From Octopus vulgaris (Eukaryota): a stretch of 64,000 nt of DNA. Positions 13,848-26,737 of this stretch are shown here, one piece after another. Within the stretch, counting starts at the first letter, position 1, and the number at the start of each line of letters is the position of its first letter. Under the pieces are notes generated by a model. The model did no database searches and had not been told where the DNA came from. It saw only the letters and a program-made list of their open reading frames with translations. The DNA lies in assembly GCA_951406725.2 (NCBI GenBank), contig OX597816.1:100068001-100132000 (forward strand), read 5' to 3'. Position numbers and translations under genes: made by a program.

Positions 13848-14804
13848 CTAGCAGCATAGCCCGGCGTTGCCCGGGTATGTAAGAGTCCCTAGTAGGCAAC
13901 GACTTGCGGCTGCAGCAGCGATTAGCAGAAGTATGCCAAGGTTATGTTGTCTGGTCATGCTTTGTCTCGTTGACTGCTTGAAGTGGCGGTTTTGGGGGTA
14001 AAGTCTCGAATGTAATTTCTTCCTGGTAGGAATTTGTTCACCAAAACTTAGGTTACTCTGGAGGTTTCGATGTAATCTTTGGTTTGTATGTGGGATACCT
14101 TGAAGATTAAGTCTAGATTTCCTCCTGTGGGTTGAATTATCGATAGCTGTTTGATAGTTATTTGGGGCAGTAAGAGAGTTAAAGAAGGTCGAGTTGCATC
14201 CCCTAGACAGTCTGTGGTTTGTGTTTAATACACAAATCGGTTTGCTATGTGTGCCACATATGATTTAATTAACCGATTTTTTTCCAGTAATAAAGTATCC
14301 TATTGGAATAAAAAGGGCCATATAGCTCCTTGGAGCAGACATGATGTTCGCTGTGAATTTCAAAAAAATTCCTGCCAATTTGTTAAAGATATTGTCAAAA
14401 ATATGTCATCTTGAATTTGAACGCGATTTCCCAAAATGGCATGATTTTATCAATTTTTTCTGATGGTAAGGTATTGCATGGAAAACTAACATCAGAATTA
14501 AGTTTCTTAGGGTAACATTAAGCTTCACCATGAGTTTGGTGAAAATCGATTGCAAGTTGCGAAAACTACAACAGAAAATGTGTTGCATGTGAAAAGCTTG
14601 GATTCTCAATCCCATGTCAAATTTATCGATTTTTTTCAGAACTGGGGGAACTTTTCAACCTTTTCGCTGCGTTAGTTTTGAATTAGGACTTTGGGCTATG
14701 TGTGAGTCAAGTTTCATCAGAATCGGTTGAAAGCCGTGGTCAGGGTGAGGGTACAACCTGACAGACACACAGACAGACAACCTGCCTTTTATATATATTG
14801 GAGA
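13848..14804 (-). mobile_element. Non-autonomous Helitron
   Basis: Minus-strand 5' TC(TCCAATATATATAAAAGG) and 3' CCCGGGCAACGCCGGGCTATGCTGCTAG; A|T insertion site. Confidence 0.8.
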
Positions 14805-15964
14805 TCTTGCTGTGGAGTTAGTGTAATCTCACTGGACTGCAATAATAAATTGACACTACTCATTTAAAGAAACAAACTTCATAACCCTTCTATTAGTGAT
14901 TCCAACTTCATACTTCATAATTAATAAATAACACAAAAGTTAAGCATAAGAACTTCTGACAATGCTAAAAGGATTATGCAATTTCCTCTTTAATGTCAGA
15001 CACCATTTTTAACCTAAATGTCTGCTGATCCTTTAAATGTTACGAATACATCCTATATCAGAATATTATTCATGCCACTAAGCTAGAGGATTCACCAAAC
15101 ATTCATGTAAATGCATTTTGGAAAAGACCTTCCTGACTGTTTACCTAGTTCTTGAATATGTTACTGTAACTGATGATTTTATATAATCCTTGTCTCACTT
15201 GTCAGTTATAAAATGTTTTACATAAATCATGTTTTGCTTCTTAGTACTTGAATTTCCTAACACTTGGAGGGCATTAACATGTTATGGATGTTTATTGCAT
15301 GGTTCAGATGCTTAACAACTGAGTCCATTATCATAAATATAGATCTAGCAATTGTTTTACATTGTGCCTTTATATAAAACAACTGATTCTTTTTGTGCTA
15401 ATTTATCTGACTGAACAGAAAAAAAAGCCTCATCATATAAAGGTGGAGTAGTATGTCTAGTTTGGAAAACAATTATTCCAAGTCTTAGTTATGTAATTAT
15501 GAAAAAATGGATGGAATACAGTGAAAAAAAAAAAGACAAGCTTTATCCCACATTATGAAATAAAAATAAGTAAATTATTTTTACATTAAGTTCAATGACA
15601 ATTGTATTTTTTTCAGATTTGATACAAATACTGTCATTTTACATAAAAAGAAAGTTACAGGAATTCATATTTCATTCCTCTATTTTTGGAGGATACCTTT
15701 CCTCTGTGTACTGTTATTCTGTTCTAGCACAGCTCTTTTATCAGTATTTAATTTCTCTGAAGTTGACAAAATATCTGATAGAGGTAAAGTGATAGCAGCC
15801 AATATATGCAGGAGTGCTTGCACCATACAAGGAGTGCTTGTTTGATACATGATAGATAAACAATTCTTTGTGAGTGAAAAATGACTATTGCTTACAATGG
15901 GAGGTGCCATGTCTTATCAAGGAAGGGCGGGGAAATTAGAACTCATGATATTGCTTCTCATTGC

Positions 15965-16252
15965 ACTTGTGCCGGTGGCAGGTGAAAAACATTTGAGCAA
16001 GGTCATTGCCAATGCTGCTGGACTGGCACATAAAAAACACCAATTGAGCGTTGCCAGTACCGCCCTTGTGCCGGTGGCACATAAAAGCACCCACTACACT
16101 CTCGGAGTGGTTAACGTTAGGAACGGCATCTAGCTGTAGAAACTCTGCCAGATCAAATTGGAGCCTGGTGCAGCCATCTGGTTTGCCAGTCTTCAGTCAA
16201 ATCGTCCAACCCATGTTAGCATGGAAAGCCGACATTAAACGATGATGATGAT
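15965..16252 (+). mobile_element. RTE 3' UTR and tail fragment
   Basis: GTGCCGGTGGCACATAAAAGCACCCACTACACTC...CATTAAACGATGATGATG. Confidence 0.85.
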
Positions 16253-17016
16253 TGACAAGGTAACTTAAATGAGTTTGCAAGTTTGCAACATGCTGCACTG
16301 AAACTCTTCAGACTAGTGCCATCTTAAAACAGATATTGAAATAGTGGGAAAGATGGGGATATATGTACCATTTTAGTAAATTTGTATGCAAATATATATT
16401 AATTTTTTGCATTTTCTGTTTTTTTTTTCTTTTATATTAACCATGTGTTTTCTATTCTTCAACATGTGATAATGAAAGCTATATTTTTCTTAATTTTTAG
16501 CATTGTTTGGGTTTCAGTTGCAATTTGAAATGATAAATGTTTATTTTTTTAAACAACTTTTAAATATCTATTATATAAACATGTGTACAGGAGTTATGTA
16601 AATAAATCCTTTTAAGTATTTTACGCATATATATATATGTGTGTGTATATATATATATATATATATGTATGTATAATATATACACACATACATGCATAAT
16701 TCCTTTACATCCACATTTTCATATTTTATTTGTTTCCATGATGTTTGTTGAGGCATAGTTTTTTTTACGGTTGAATGTTTTCCTGTCATAAACCCTCATC
16801 TGTTTTCACAAGGTGTTATATTTTCTTTGGTCTTTCAAACTTAAGAATCACAATAGCTGGACATGTTTCCAAGGAAGATTATAAGCAAATGTTATATCTT
16901 CTATGATAGTGACATTTATTTACAATTAGCAAGCAGTGTTGAGACATGGAGATATTAACACACACACACACTTATGTAGCTGCTAAGCTGAAGTGAAGAC
17001 AGCATGTTCTTTGTCT

Positions 17017-17303
17017 ATCTCCTTACCTTCTTGGAGGTTTTAGGTAAAATTATACTAATGTGTCCATCTGTTTTAATTTAATTTAATTCTATGTCCTTAT
17101 GCAGCTGAGGATTGCTCTACATTTAAATTGATGTAATGATTGCATTGTTCAATATCATTAGTTGCTTCAAACAATCGTACTGCATTACCTCTGGATATCC
17201 TTGTTGCTTGTTTTGATTTTAATCACCTTATTTTGAAATTGTATGGATGATACCGTACTAAATTCTGGTGCCTCAACTTAAGTACCTAATACATCTGAAT
17301 CTA
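17017..17303 (+). mobile_element. Hammerhead-bearing element of about 290 bp, copy 1
   Basis: Co-linear with 21996-22283, same start ATCTCCTTAC; ends at a TA tract. Confidence 0.85.
17099..17185 (+). ncRNA. Type-I hammerhead motif (GAAA decayed to CAAA)
   Basis: ATGCAG-CTGAGGA-(56 nt)-CAAA-CAATC-GTA-CTGCAT. Confidence 0.65.
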
Positions 17304-19669
17304 AATTTATATATATATACTTACATTGGCTTGTCAGATAAATTTGTTTTGTTTTTTTCATTTATTTTAATCCTGTTTCATTAATAATTTTTAAAAATCA
17401 GTCAATGATATATTTTCTTCATTGTTCAAAACTTCTTCCTGGCATATACTGGCTATTGAATCCTATATTCAAATTTCAAAAATGATAAGCAAGAATTAAT
17501 TGTAGAAGAAGAAACAGAGCTACAAAAAAAACCATAAAATATTGTGATAAAGATATTTTTTGCATTAATTTAAATAACATTGGAAAGAAATGAATGACTT
17601 TCTCTAACAATCCAATCCACGTGCACATACACACAGAAGGCTTCTTTCAGGTTTCATCTACTAAGACTCACAAGGTTTTGAGTAACCCATATCCACAGCA
17701 GAAAGAGTTCTGTTGTGGAATTGAACCTGGAACCATATGATTATAAAGCTAACTTCTTAACTACATAAACATTCCTGTGCCTAAACACACACCTATGGCT
17801 GTGGAGATGTTTGTTGTATAAATGTTTATGTTCATATTAACTGACATGTTGAAATCTTTTGTATTGCATGGGACTAATACATAACAATATTGATTTTTAT
17901 GATCAGACTGATTTGCTTTTCAATTTATTTATTTTTGTGTATTTGCTATTTTTATTTGTAAAAGAATTGCTGTCGTGTAATAGGGCTGAGGGACATTCAG
18001 ATAAGTTCTTGAATTGTTTATTTATAAAAGAGAAAATCATAGTTTATGACAATGATTACTCAGAGAAGTGCTTAAAGCCCAGCAATTTCCATAAAGCCTT
18101 TTCTGTAGTCATACCATAGGCTATTAAGCTGTGTAGGGGAAGCATCATGATGATCCAATCTCAGAAAGCATACATATATAATCCTCTTGACTCTCTCTCT
18201 CTCATGCATTCCTGCAATCTCTGTCTGTCTTATCTTTTCTTTTCTTTCTCTTTACATTTATTGGTATCTGTTTGATCTCATTTCACATGCCCTTCTGAAC
18301 TATTCAGTATTGCCAGAGCAATGCTCACACTATCAGTCAACATATATCCCTCTGTTACATTTCCTTTTTTTCCTTCTTTCTTCTTTCCTTTGGGACATAA
18401 CTTTTCTTTTTCTATGGCTCACTATCTTCATGTTGTGTTGTCTTTTTTACCCTCCCTCCTTATTCTTCTCTCATAAGTTCTTCCTTTTCTTTTCCCCCTT
18501 CTGAACTTCTTTGTCTTTTTTTCTACCCAGTCCTTCTTACCATATGATCCATCCTTCTTACCTGACTCTCCTCTGCTTCCTACATCTTATCTCTCATCTT
18601 TCTCCCTCCCAAGATTTCACTCTTCCATCTGTATATCCCTATTTTATCTGACTCTCTTCCATTTCCTTTATCCATATCTTATCTCACACTCTCCTAGGTT
18701 CTCACACTCACTTCCTATTCTCTCTCTCTCTCTCTCAGCTTCTTTTTTCCATCAGTCCTAACCTCTTCTGGTTTCTTATCATTTTCAGCACCTTTCTTGT
18801 CTCTAACTCGGATACTACTTATAGTTGTAACCTAACACCGTAAGATGTAACTGGGAAAGAGGTTGGCTTCCTATCACAACTTGTAGTGACCACAGCTCTT
18901 CTAAGGGAATAGCTACTCTAAATAGCGACTGGGAATTTGGTGATACACTTGAGTCCAAGTGAACAACTCCTCAAGTGACTGGAGATAAAAAGAGCATCCA
19001 ATCTGTAAAACATTATCAAAATAATCAAGGACTACATGAATGAAAGATAGAAAAAGTTAAATAAACACTGTATTACTTTAATGCATAAAATTAAGAGTTT
19101 TCATGTTTTGTATGTTTCTCCTTTGTCAGATGAAAGAGAAAAACAGATAGAGAGTGAAAGAAAGGGAGAAAATGTAAACTATTGAAGTTGACAGTTATAT
19201 TGTCAAAAAGGGAGAGAAAAACTAGGGTGAGAGATTAGGAGCCAAGTGGGAATGCAGATCTGTGATTATGTGTGTAAGTATACACACACACACACGCCCT
19301 CACACACACACACATACGCATTTATTCAGGGTGCAGTGAATAAATTGTCATCTAAATTATGCAAAAATGAAAGTTACACTGACATCTCATTTCAATTTAT
19401 ATATTTACCAAAATTACATAAAAATATCTTGATATATTAAAGAGTAAATTTATTCAATAAAATCGCCATTGGTTTCAACCACAGCCTCTAGATGACTTCG
19501 GAATATGTTGTCATGAAACGCAGGTAGTAACGTATAATTTTGATATTTTGCAATAAGAATTGTAGGTATTAATTTTGATAATTTTAATATTTTATCCTAT
19601 TGTGGATAATGTCATTCAATGATGATTGAGTTGCTTGAGGGTGATTCTATCTCTTAAACCTATCTATAC

Positions 19670-19694
19670 ATTATATATATATATATATGTATAC

Positions 19695-19731
<37 letters not shown>

Positions 19732-19826
19732 CATATATATGTATACATGTATATATATATATATATACATACATATATATGTATACATGTATATATATAT
19801 ATATATATATACATACATATATATGT

Positions 19827-19858
<32 letters not shown>

Positions 19859-20160
19859 AAAGCAATACATATATATGTAATATATATGAATATATACTTG
19901 AATATATATATACATACACATATATATATATATACATATATATATATACATACATATATATATATATATATATGTATGTATACATACATATATATGTATA
20001 TATATATATATATACATACATATATATGATATATATATATATATATATATACATACATATATATGTCTCTATATATATATATATATATATATACATATAT
20101 ATGTATATATATATATATATATACATACATATATATGTATATATATATATATATATATAA
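19670..20160. repeat. Compound TA microsatellite
   Basis: Direct reading. Confidence 0.95.
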
Positions 20161-20977
20161 TAGTGTACAAACAATCAATATTAATATGCTAACTTTTTGT
20201 TTTTTCTGTACGTACCTGTTGTATGCATCACACTTACTTCAAAGAAGTGGCAAAGTGATAGAGAAGAGGACAGACAAGAAGTATGAGCATGAGAGAAAGG
20301 GATAGTGAGAGAGAAAGTGATAGATTGAGAGACTGAAAGAGACAGTGAGTGGTGACAGTGTTCATCTTGTGTTTTTAAATGTTTATTACATCGCAAGAGA
20401 AGTAGATACACAGATACATATACACATTGTTAAATCAAAAGTGGGAGAGAAGAGGGATACAAACGAAGTGAAAGAGAAAAAGAGAAAGTGAGAGAGACAG
20501 CAGATACATAAATCCAAAGAAAAGTTCATACATAGATACATACACTCAGCAAATACTGGAGTTCAAAAAAGCCCTCGATTCAATAACACTGTTTACAATC
20601 TCTATGCTTGGAATGACCAATTTTAAATACTATTGAAACTTACACACAAGGTACAGGAAACTTATATGTATACCATTCTGCTTAAATAATGGAAATGCTG
20701 ATACAATATACCTGCATTTCTCACATCTGTTTTCATTCCTCCACTTCACCCTCTATTTCATATTTTCTTTAGAATATTGCTTAAACATTTTCTCACATCA
20801 TCTCCGATGAAGGGATATATAAAATACTAGCCGGGTCATAGTGCTAGTGCATGTATATATGTGTACATATTATATGTACATGTATATATATACATCTACA
20901 CATAAAATACAAAATACAAAGTTATATCTTGATATTGCTAGTGATAACAATACTCAAAATATATAACAGACTGGAAT

Positions 20978-21850
20978 TGCAGGCCCGTCTCTTGCAATTT
21001 CAATCAATTGTATCTTGTCCTCCCTCTTGTATAGAAGTGTGGCTACAATCCAGCCTACCTCTACTTCTGGGGGGGACATTTTAAATTTTTATCCAGGACG
21101 TCCTATGTCCCAGATATAAAGGTAAAAATAAAATATTTCCACTTTGCAAGGTTCGAGTCAAGTACTCCCTTGCACGCTCCGTTGACTCGAACCTTGCTTC
21201 TATTGTGGCGAATTTACCGCCTCTGTTTAGATACTTGATATATTTCATAGTTGCACCAAGACACTTTTTGATGGTGCTTTCCTTCAGGTGTTCAAATCTT
21301 TTTTTTTCTCTACATTGTATACTTTATAGACAATAGTCTTTTCTTTAATTTAATTTTTAATTTTGTTTGGTGGTGTTATCCTAGATTCACTGTCTTTGTC
21401 GGTGATCAATCCAAAATAGGTTTGTATTTCTTCCATTTTAGTTTTAATGAGTTCGCGCCTGCCAACGGCTGCAGCAAAATTCATTTTGGGACTTTCTTCT
21501 ATCGAAGGCATTTTAACAAAAATGTTTCCGTATAAATGGTGAAAATATTGTCAATTTCCCCAAACAGGGACACAATTCAATTTTTAAACAATAACCAAAG
21601 CTCCTTCCACCAAAGGGGGAGGGTTACAGTTTACAATTATTTAACAAATGCAACACAACAACGTTTCCCTTTCGAGGAACCAACAAACGTGATAACAATA
21701 GTTTAACAGTAATAATAATAACAATAAACCTTACGGTGAATCAAAAAGCAGTATGTAGTTGAAGCTATAGCCCTTTATGTATAAGAAATAAACCAACAGC
21801 AGTAATCAGTAGAAGCGGCTGTTCGAGAAAACAGACATTACATACAACCA
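20978..21850 (-). mobile_element. Decayed ORF1 and 5' region of a non-LTR element (L1/Tx1-like)
   Basis: From ATG 21511: MPSIEESPKMNFAAAV...YIKYLNRGGKFATIEARF...FLPLYLGHRTSWIKI*NVPPEVEVGWIVATLL with stops and frameshifts; clade assignment is inference. Confidence 0.55.
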
Positions 21851-21995
21851 AACTTCATGTCCCTGTAATTACAGGGACATAAATACACCAAAATTGGTTG
21901 TCAAGTGATGTAGGGGGGAATGAACACAAGCACACACATGCACACACATATATATACCTATATTCGATGTGCTTCTTTCAGTTTCTGTCTAACAA

Positions 21996-22283
21996 ATCTC
22001 CTTACTTTCTTGGAGGTTTTAGGTAAAATTATACTAATATGTCCATCTGTTTTAATTCAATTTAATTCTATATCTTTGTGCAGCTGAGGATTGCTCTGCA
22101 TTCTAAATTGATGTAATGATTGCATTGTTCAATTAAACAAAGTTGCATGAAACGATTGTACTGCATTACCTCTGGATATCCTTGTTGCTTATTTTGATTT
22201 TAATCACCTTTCTTTGAAATTTTAAGGATAATACCGTACTAAATTCTAGTGCCTCAACCTAAGTACCATATTCACCTGAATCT
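21996..22283 (+). mobile_element. Hammerhead-bearing element of about 290 bp, copy 2, interrupting a SINE fragment
   Basis: Paralog of 17017-17303; preceded by SINE sequence at about 21880-21995. Confidence 0.85.
22078..22166 (+). ncRNA. Type-I hammerhead ribozyme motif
   Basis: GTGCAG-CTGAGGA-TTGC..(58-nt domain)..GCAT-GAAA-CGATT-GTA-CTGCAT; intact core. Confidence 0.85.
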
Positions 22284-22894
22284 ATCTATCTATCTATCTA
22301 TATAATTATAATAATGAGGGTCTTTGCAACAAGTTGCTAGACCACATACCGAAAGTATTAGAAATAGCAGCCAGAGGACTGCTATTTCCTTTTACTACAA
22401 AAATATGTCTCCACAGACAACAGTATTTGTAACTCATTATGTGGCAAAAAAAGAAGAAAAATAACCGAAATACTACTTGGTGAAATTTGTTGATTTTATT
22501 AAATTAATTATATTTCACCCTTTATCTGTGTGTATATATATATATCATAGAACAAATAGAAACATATTTTTCAACATGTAAATACTGATAGAACAGTATA
22601 TATAGGATAAAATTAATAATAAAAAAAAAATGGACAAAAAGGAGAAAACAACAACATGAAGATGGGGTACATGCAAAGTATTAATAAGATGCCCAGGGAA
22701 CAAAAGAAAGAGTGTTCAAGCAAAGCTCTTCTTCAGAAACAGGTGACAGAGGAAAGTCCAAGAGAATAGGAAGACAGAGGAAAAAAATTGCCTCGCCAAC
22801 TATCCACATATAAATATGTATTTAGGTTAAGTGAAATAAGACAACAAAGCCAAGGCTATGAAATTTTTGGGACATTCATAAAGAGCAAGGTAAG

Positions 22895-22935
22895 TCTTAC
22901 AACTATTTCAAGGATATGTGGGATATCATCAGAGA
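22895..22935 (-). ncRNA. Decayed minimal hammerhead motif in a PLE-like fragment
   Basis: TCT-CTGATGA-TATCCCACATATCCTT-GAAA-TAGTT-GTA-AGA; stem II poorly paired. Confidence 0.55.
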
Positions 22936-23220
22936 TGATATGAGAGTTAAATATTAATAGTAGAGCTCAATATAAGAAGTTATTTTGTAAAGGGAGAAAT
23001 ATAGGATGCATAAATGGAAATAAGAGAATAAAGATAAAAATGTTGGATGTTATGTAGTTCCATTATATATTGCTGTGTAGAATGGGTAGAAAGGCTTCTT
23101 GTCCATGGTATGTAATTTCTGATAGGAGTTCATATTTTGTTATTAAGTTCTATATTTGAGAGATGAGGAATTATGTACATTATTTACATTTGACGGATAT
23201 TTGTCCTCATCTTGTTTGTT

Positions 23221-23266
23221 CTTAAAACATTTCAGCTGATATACTCTCCAGCGTTCATCAGGTGTC
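23221..23266 (-). ncRNA. PLE hammerhead motif, 3' side decayed
   Basis: GACAC-CTGATGA-ACGCTG-GAGAGTATAT-CAGCT-GAAA-TGTT. Confidence 0.65.
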
Positions 23267-23337
23267 TTGCGGAAATTTCAAACCTGGGTTTTCATCCCGA
23301 AGGTATTTTTCAATGCTATTATTATCCTTATTTTTCA

Positions 23338-23409
23338 GGTCACTGCCTGGAATCAAACTTGGAATCTTGGGGTTAGTAGCCTGTGCTATTAACCACTACA
23401 CCATATGCC
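23338..23409 (-). other. tRNA-like (Pol III A/B box) segment inside the PLE 3' region
   Basis: GGCATATGGTGTAGTGGTTAATAGCACAGGCTACTAACCCCAAGATTCCAAGTTTGATTCCAGGCAGTGACC. Confidence 0.65.
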
Positions 23410-24781
23410 TGTGGGCAATTATGGAGTGAATTTTAGGGATTATAAATCTAATATTTTTCCTATCTTCCCTTAATGCTACTTACATCTGCACTCGATCTGC
23501 TTAGGAGGTTATTATGCCTTAGCATATGTGCTGCTTCTTTTCTTTTAGTTTTTGTATTTTCCAATGGTGTTCTCTGTTTATCATTTTAACTTCATTCTAC
23601 AGGGGGGAGGGGGACTCCGTTTTTCCATACATGATCAGCTATACCTGATTTATCAATATCTCCTTGTGTCACAGCTTTGCGATGTTCCTCTGCTCATATT
23701 TTTAGGGAGCGGCATGTTTCACTTTTGTATAACCTACCACAGTTGCATAGGATGGAGTACTGGTGGTTTTACTTGAAGGAGATATTTGTGAAGCGTTGTA
23801 TTACTCTTGAATACTGTCGTGATGTAATATGGGCCGTATATCTTTTGTATCTTTTCAGAAAGGCCTTTCACATAGGGTAGACAGAATGTGGTCAGTTTAT
23901 GGGTTTCATCCACTCTTTTCTTCATAATTGGAGTGGATAGTATGTTTTCGGGGTAGTTGTTGTTTAACAGATTGTTACTTAGCTTGATCATTTCTTCTTG
24001 GTGGGTATCTCAATAGGATTTTCTTCCCATAGTTTTAGTTGCTTCAGTTATCTTATTTATATGTTTTATTAGTTTTGCCGCACTCGTTTACTTGCCCCTG
24101 TTGGCCATTGTTTTATTTTTTTATTTGTTAACCATCAACGAACCAGAACCACATCATTGTTTTCAAATAAAAGCTGACCAATTAAGTTGTAGGACTGACC
24201 ATGACTCCACCTCACTACACATAGGGATTTCAAGTTTTGTTGATTGGTAAAAAAGTAATGAACACTAACATCACACTTTGGTCGTACCCAGTTTCTTTGT
24301 TTCAGTGATAGACTCATGTACCAAATTTTCCAAGACAGGTGCATCTTAAGTTGCTTATGCCATGCCCTCTGCAATGTTACACTTACTAACTGGCACTTCA
24401 CACATTAATGCTCACCTCCGTAACACGGACCTTACCATCAAACCCACCACTAAAGTTCTATGGAAACATAATGTGAACTACTGCCTAAAATTACCCTTCC
24501 TGTAAAAACTCCTCCTGTGAACGACTATATTCACCTATCCACCACTGGATGAAATAACATGGACCTTATAATACATCATGGGAAGGCTGTATCTTATTTC
24601 CCCTTGCTATGCCCAAATCATTATACTATGATGTTCTTCACTTGTATTCTCATGCTTGTTATTATTCTTACTCTTATTCTTTTTCTACTCTATTTCAAAA
24701 AGACAAACACACTGTAGCTATTATTAACTGACCTTTATATGTGTTAGACCCCCCCCCCCACCACCACCACCACCACTTAAA

Positions 24782-24906
24782 CCCTCTGAAGAAGCCTAGG
24801 GGAACATTCATTATCCAAGCCTTATCTGCTCATCCCTGCATAATATTGAAGACATGGAGATAGCCAGGAAGATTTCATTGCCCCTTGGCAGAAACAGCCG
24901 TAAGGA
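24782..24906 (+). ncRNA. Type-I hammerhead motif with 98-nt stem II domain
   Basis: CCCT-CTGAAGA-AGCCTAGGGG...CCCCTTGGCA-GAAA-CAGCC-GTA-AGGA. Confidence 0.72.
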
Positions 24907-25069
24907 ACTAGCACCTGCATACCCATCCGGTTTTTGTGACAATCTGCTCATTTGCTCAATCACTCACTTGTTTCTATATGCTTATATGCTTCCATCCTTG
25001 TTTATGCAATAATCAACTTTTTCTACTTGTTAATCTGTACCACTAATATAAGTGTGTATATATATATGT

Positions 25070-25106
<37 letters not shown>

Positions 25107-25175
25107 TCGAATACATTTGAATAAATAGACATACTGGAATGTTTACCAGCTGGTGTCTCTCCACTTTCTTATTTA

Positions 25176-25250
<75 letters not shown>

Positions 25251-25304
25251 ACATATACATATATATATATATATGTATATATATATGTATATATGCATGT
25301 ATAT

Positions 25305-25351
<47 letters not shown>

Positions 25352-25377
25352 CATACATATATATATGTATATATCTG

Positions 25378-25410
<33 letters not shown>

Positions 25411-25416
<6 letters not shown>

Positions 25417-26575
25417 GGTTGTCCACTTGTGACTGAGGAAGACCATTGCTGACCTTCAGGAACATTGTGCGCTCCAGGACTAACTTATATTTTGCATTTG
25501 AAGCTCCATTGTTGGCTAATGATCCCTCCTCTTGACAACCATACACGACTGCAAACATTGTAGACCAAGCTTTCCCCATTCACTACACCAGCAGTGCGCT
25601 TTCTAGCTGCATGCTTAAGTTCTTGATGCTGAATATGTGTTCACTCAAAAGTGCCGACCCCCTCCCTAATCTGCTTCCTCCATCTGTGGTGATGACAGGC
25701 ATTGTTCTCCCAGAGAATAAGAGACTGGAAAACTCTTGTATTGGCAGCAAATCTGCACAGATTAAAGAGGCAGCCAGAAGATCGATATCTAACATATATT
25801 CCCAGAGAGCTAACTTTAGAAAAAGCATGAGTAAAAGCAGCAGCAAAGTACAAAGAAAAGAGAGTTGGGGCAAGGATGTCACCCTCTTTGACACCATTCT
25901 CTACAGGAATGGGTCTCACTATGCCACCACCAACATTGACCCAAGCCTCCATCCCATCATGAAATAATTTAATCTAGACATGCCAAGTATTTTCCATAGA
26001 AAGGCTCTGTTTACAATATCAAAAGTCTTCATGAAATCAACGAGTACCTGGACAAGATCCATATTTTACTCATAGCACTTCTCCTGCATCTGTCTTGCTG
26101 TGAAAATCGTATCCATTGTCCCTCTACCAGACTGGAAGCCATATTGAGATTCAGATAGGACATTATTTATGAGACACCTATTCAGGTGGCTAAGAAGAAT
26201 AATTGCCACAACCTTGCCAGCAGCTGATAGTAGAGCAATAGCTCTGTAGTTACCTCACATTGTTCTGTCTCCTTTTCCTTTATAAAGAGGAAGAATAATT
26301 GGATCCTTCCAGTCCTTAGGCATTGCACCATCCCTCCAGACTGCACTAATAAGTTCATGAAGGGACTGTATGATGTAATCATCACCAGATCGCAAGATCT
26401 CAGCACAAATTCCATCCTTTACAGGTGCCCTTCCAAGATTCAATTTACTTATTGATGTTATTGCATCATCTATTGAGGGCGTAGAATTTAAGGAGCCAAT
26501 GATAGGTCTTTGTTGCATAGCATCAATCACTGTTTCATCCACAACTGTCTCATGGTTTAGGAGTTCAGAGAAGCG
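25411..26575 (-). mobile_element. RTE (BovB-like) LINE fragment with internal deletion
   Basis: GRAPVKDGICAEILRSG, WKDPIILPLYKGKGDR, ESQYGFQSGRGTMDTIFTARQMQEKC, GVKEGDILAPTLFSLYFA; C-terminal Zn-finger-like remnant VCSRV..SRGG. Confidence 0.88.
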
Positions 26576-26646
26576 TTCGATCTAGGGACCTGTGATTTCT
26601 GTTGATTTAGTAAATATATATGTATATATATATATATATATATACT

Positions 26647-26736
<90 letters not shown>

Positions 26737-26737
<1 letters not shown>

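Larger units (their letters stand above)
23160..24010 (-). mobile_element. Penelope-like element 3' part: linker and GIY-YIG endonuclease remnant, then terminal repeat region
   Basis: NNYPEN...LPYVKGLSEKIQKI...VFKSNTTL, then frameshifted YSIPCSCGRLYKSETCRSLK...EHRKAV...KSGIADHVW...EVKMI; tRNA-like motif and hammerhead downstream. Confidence 0.88.
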
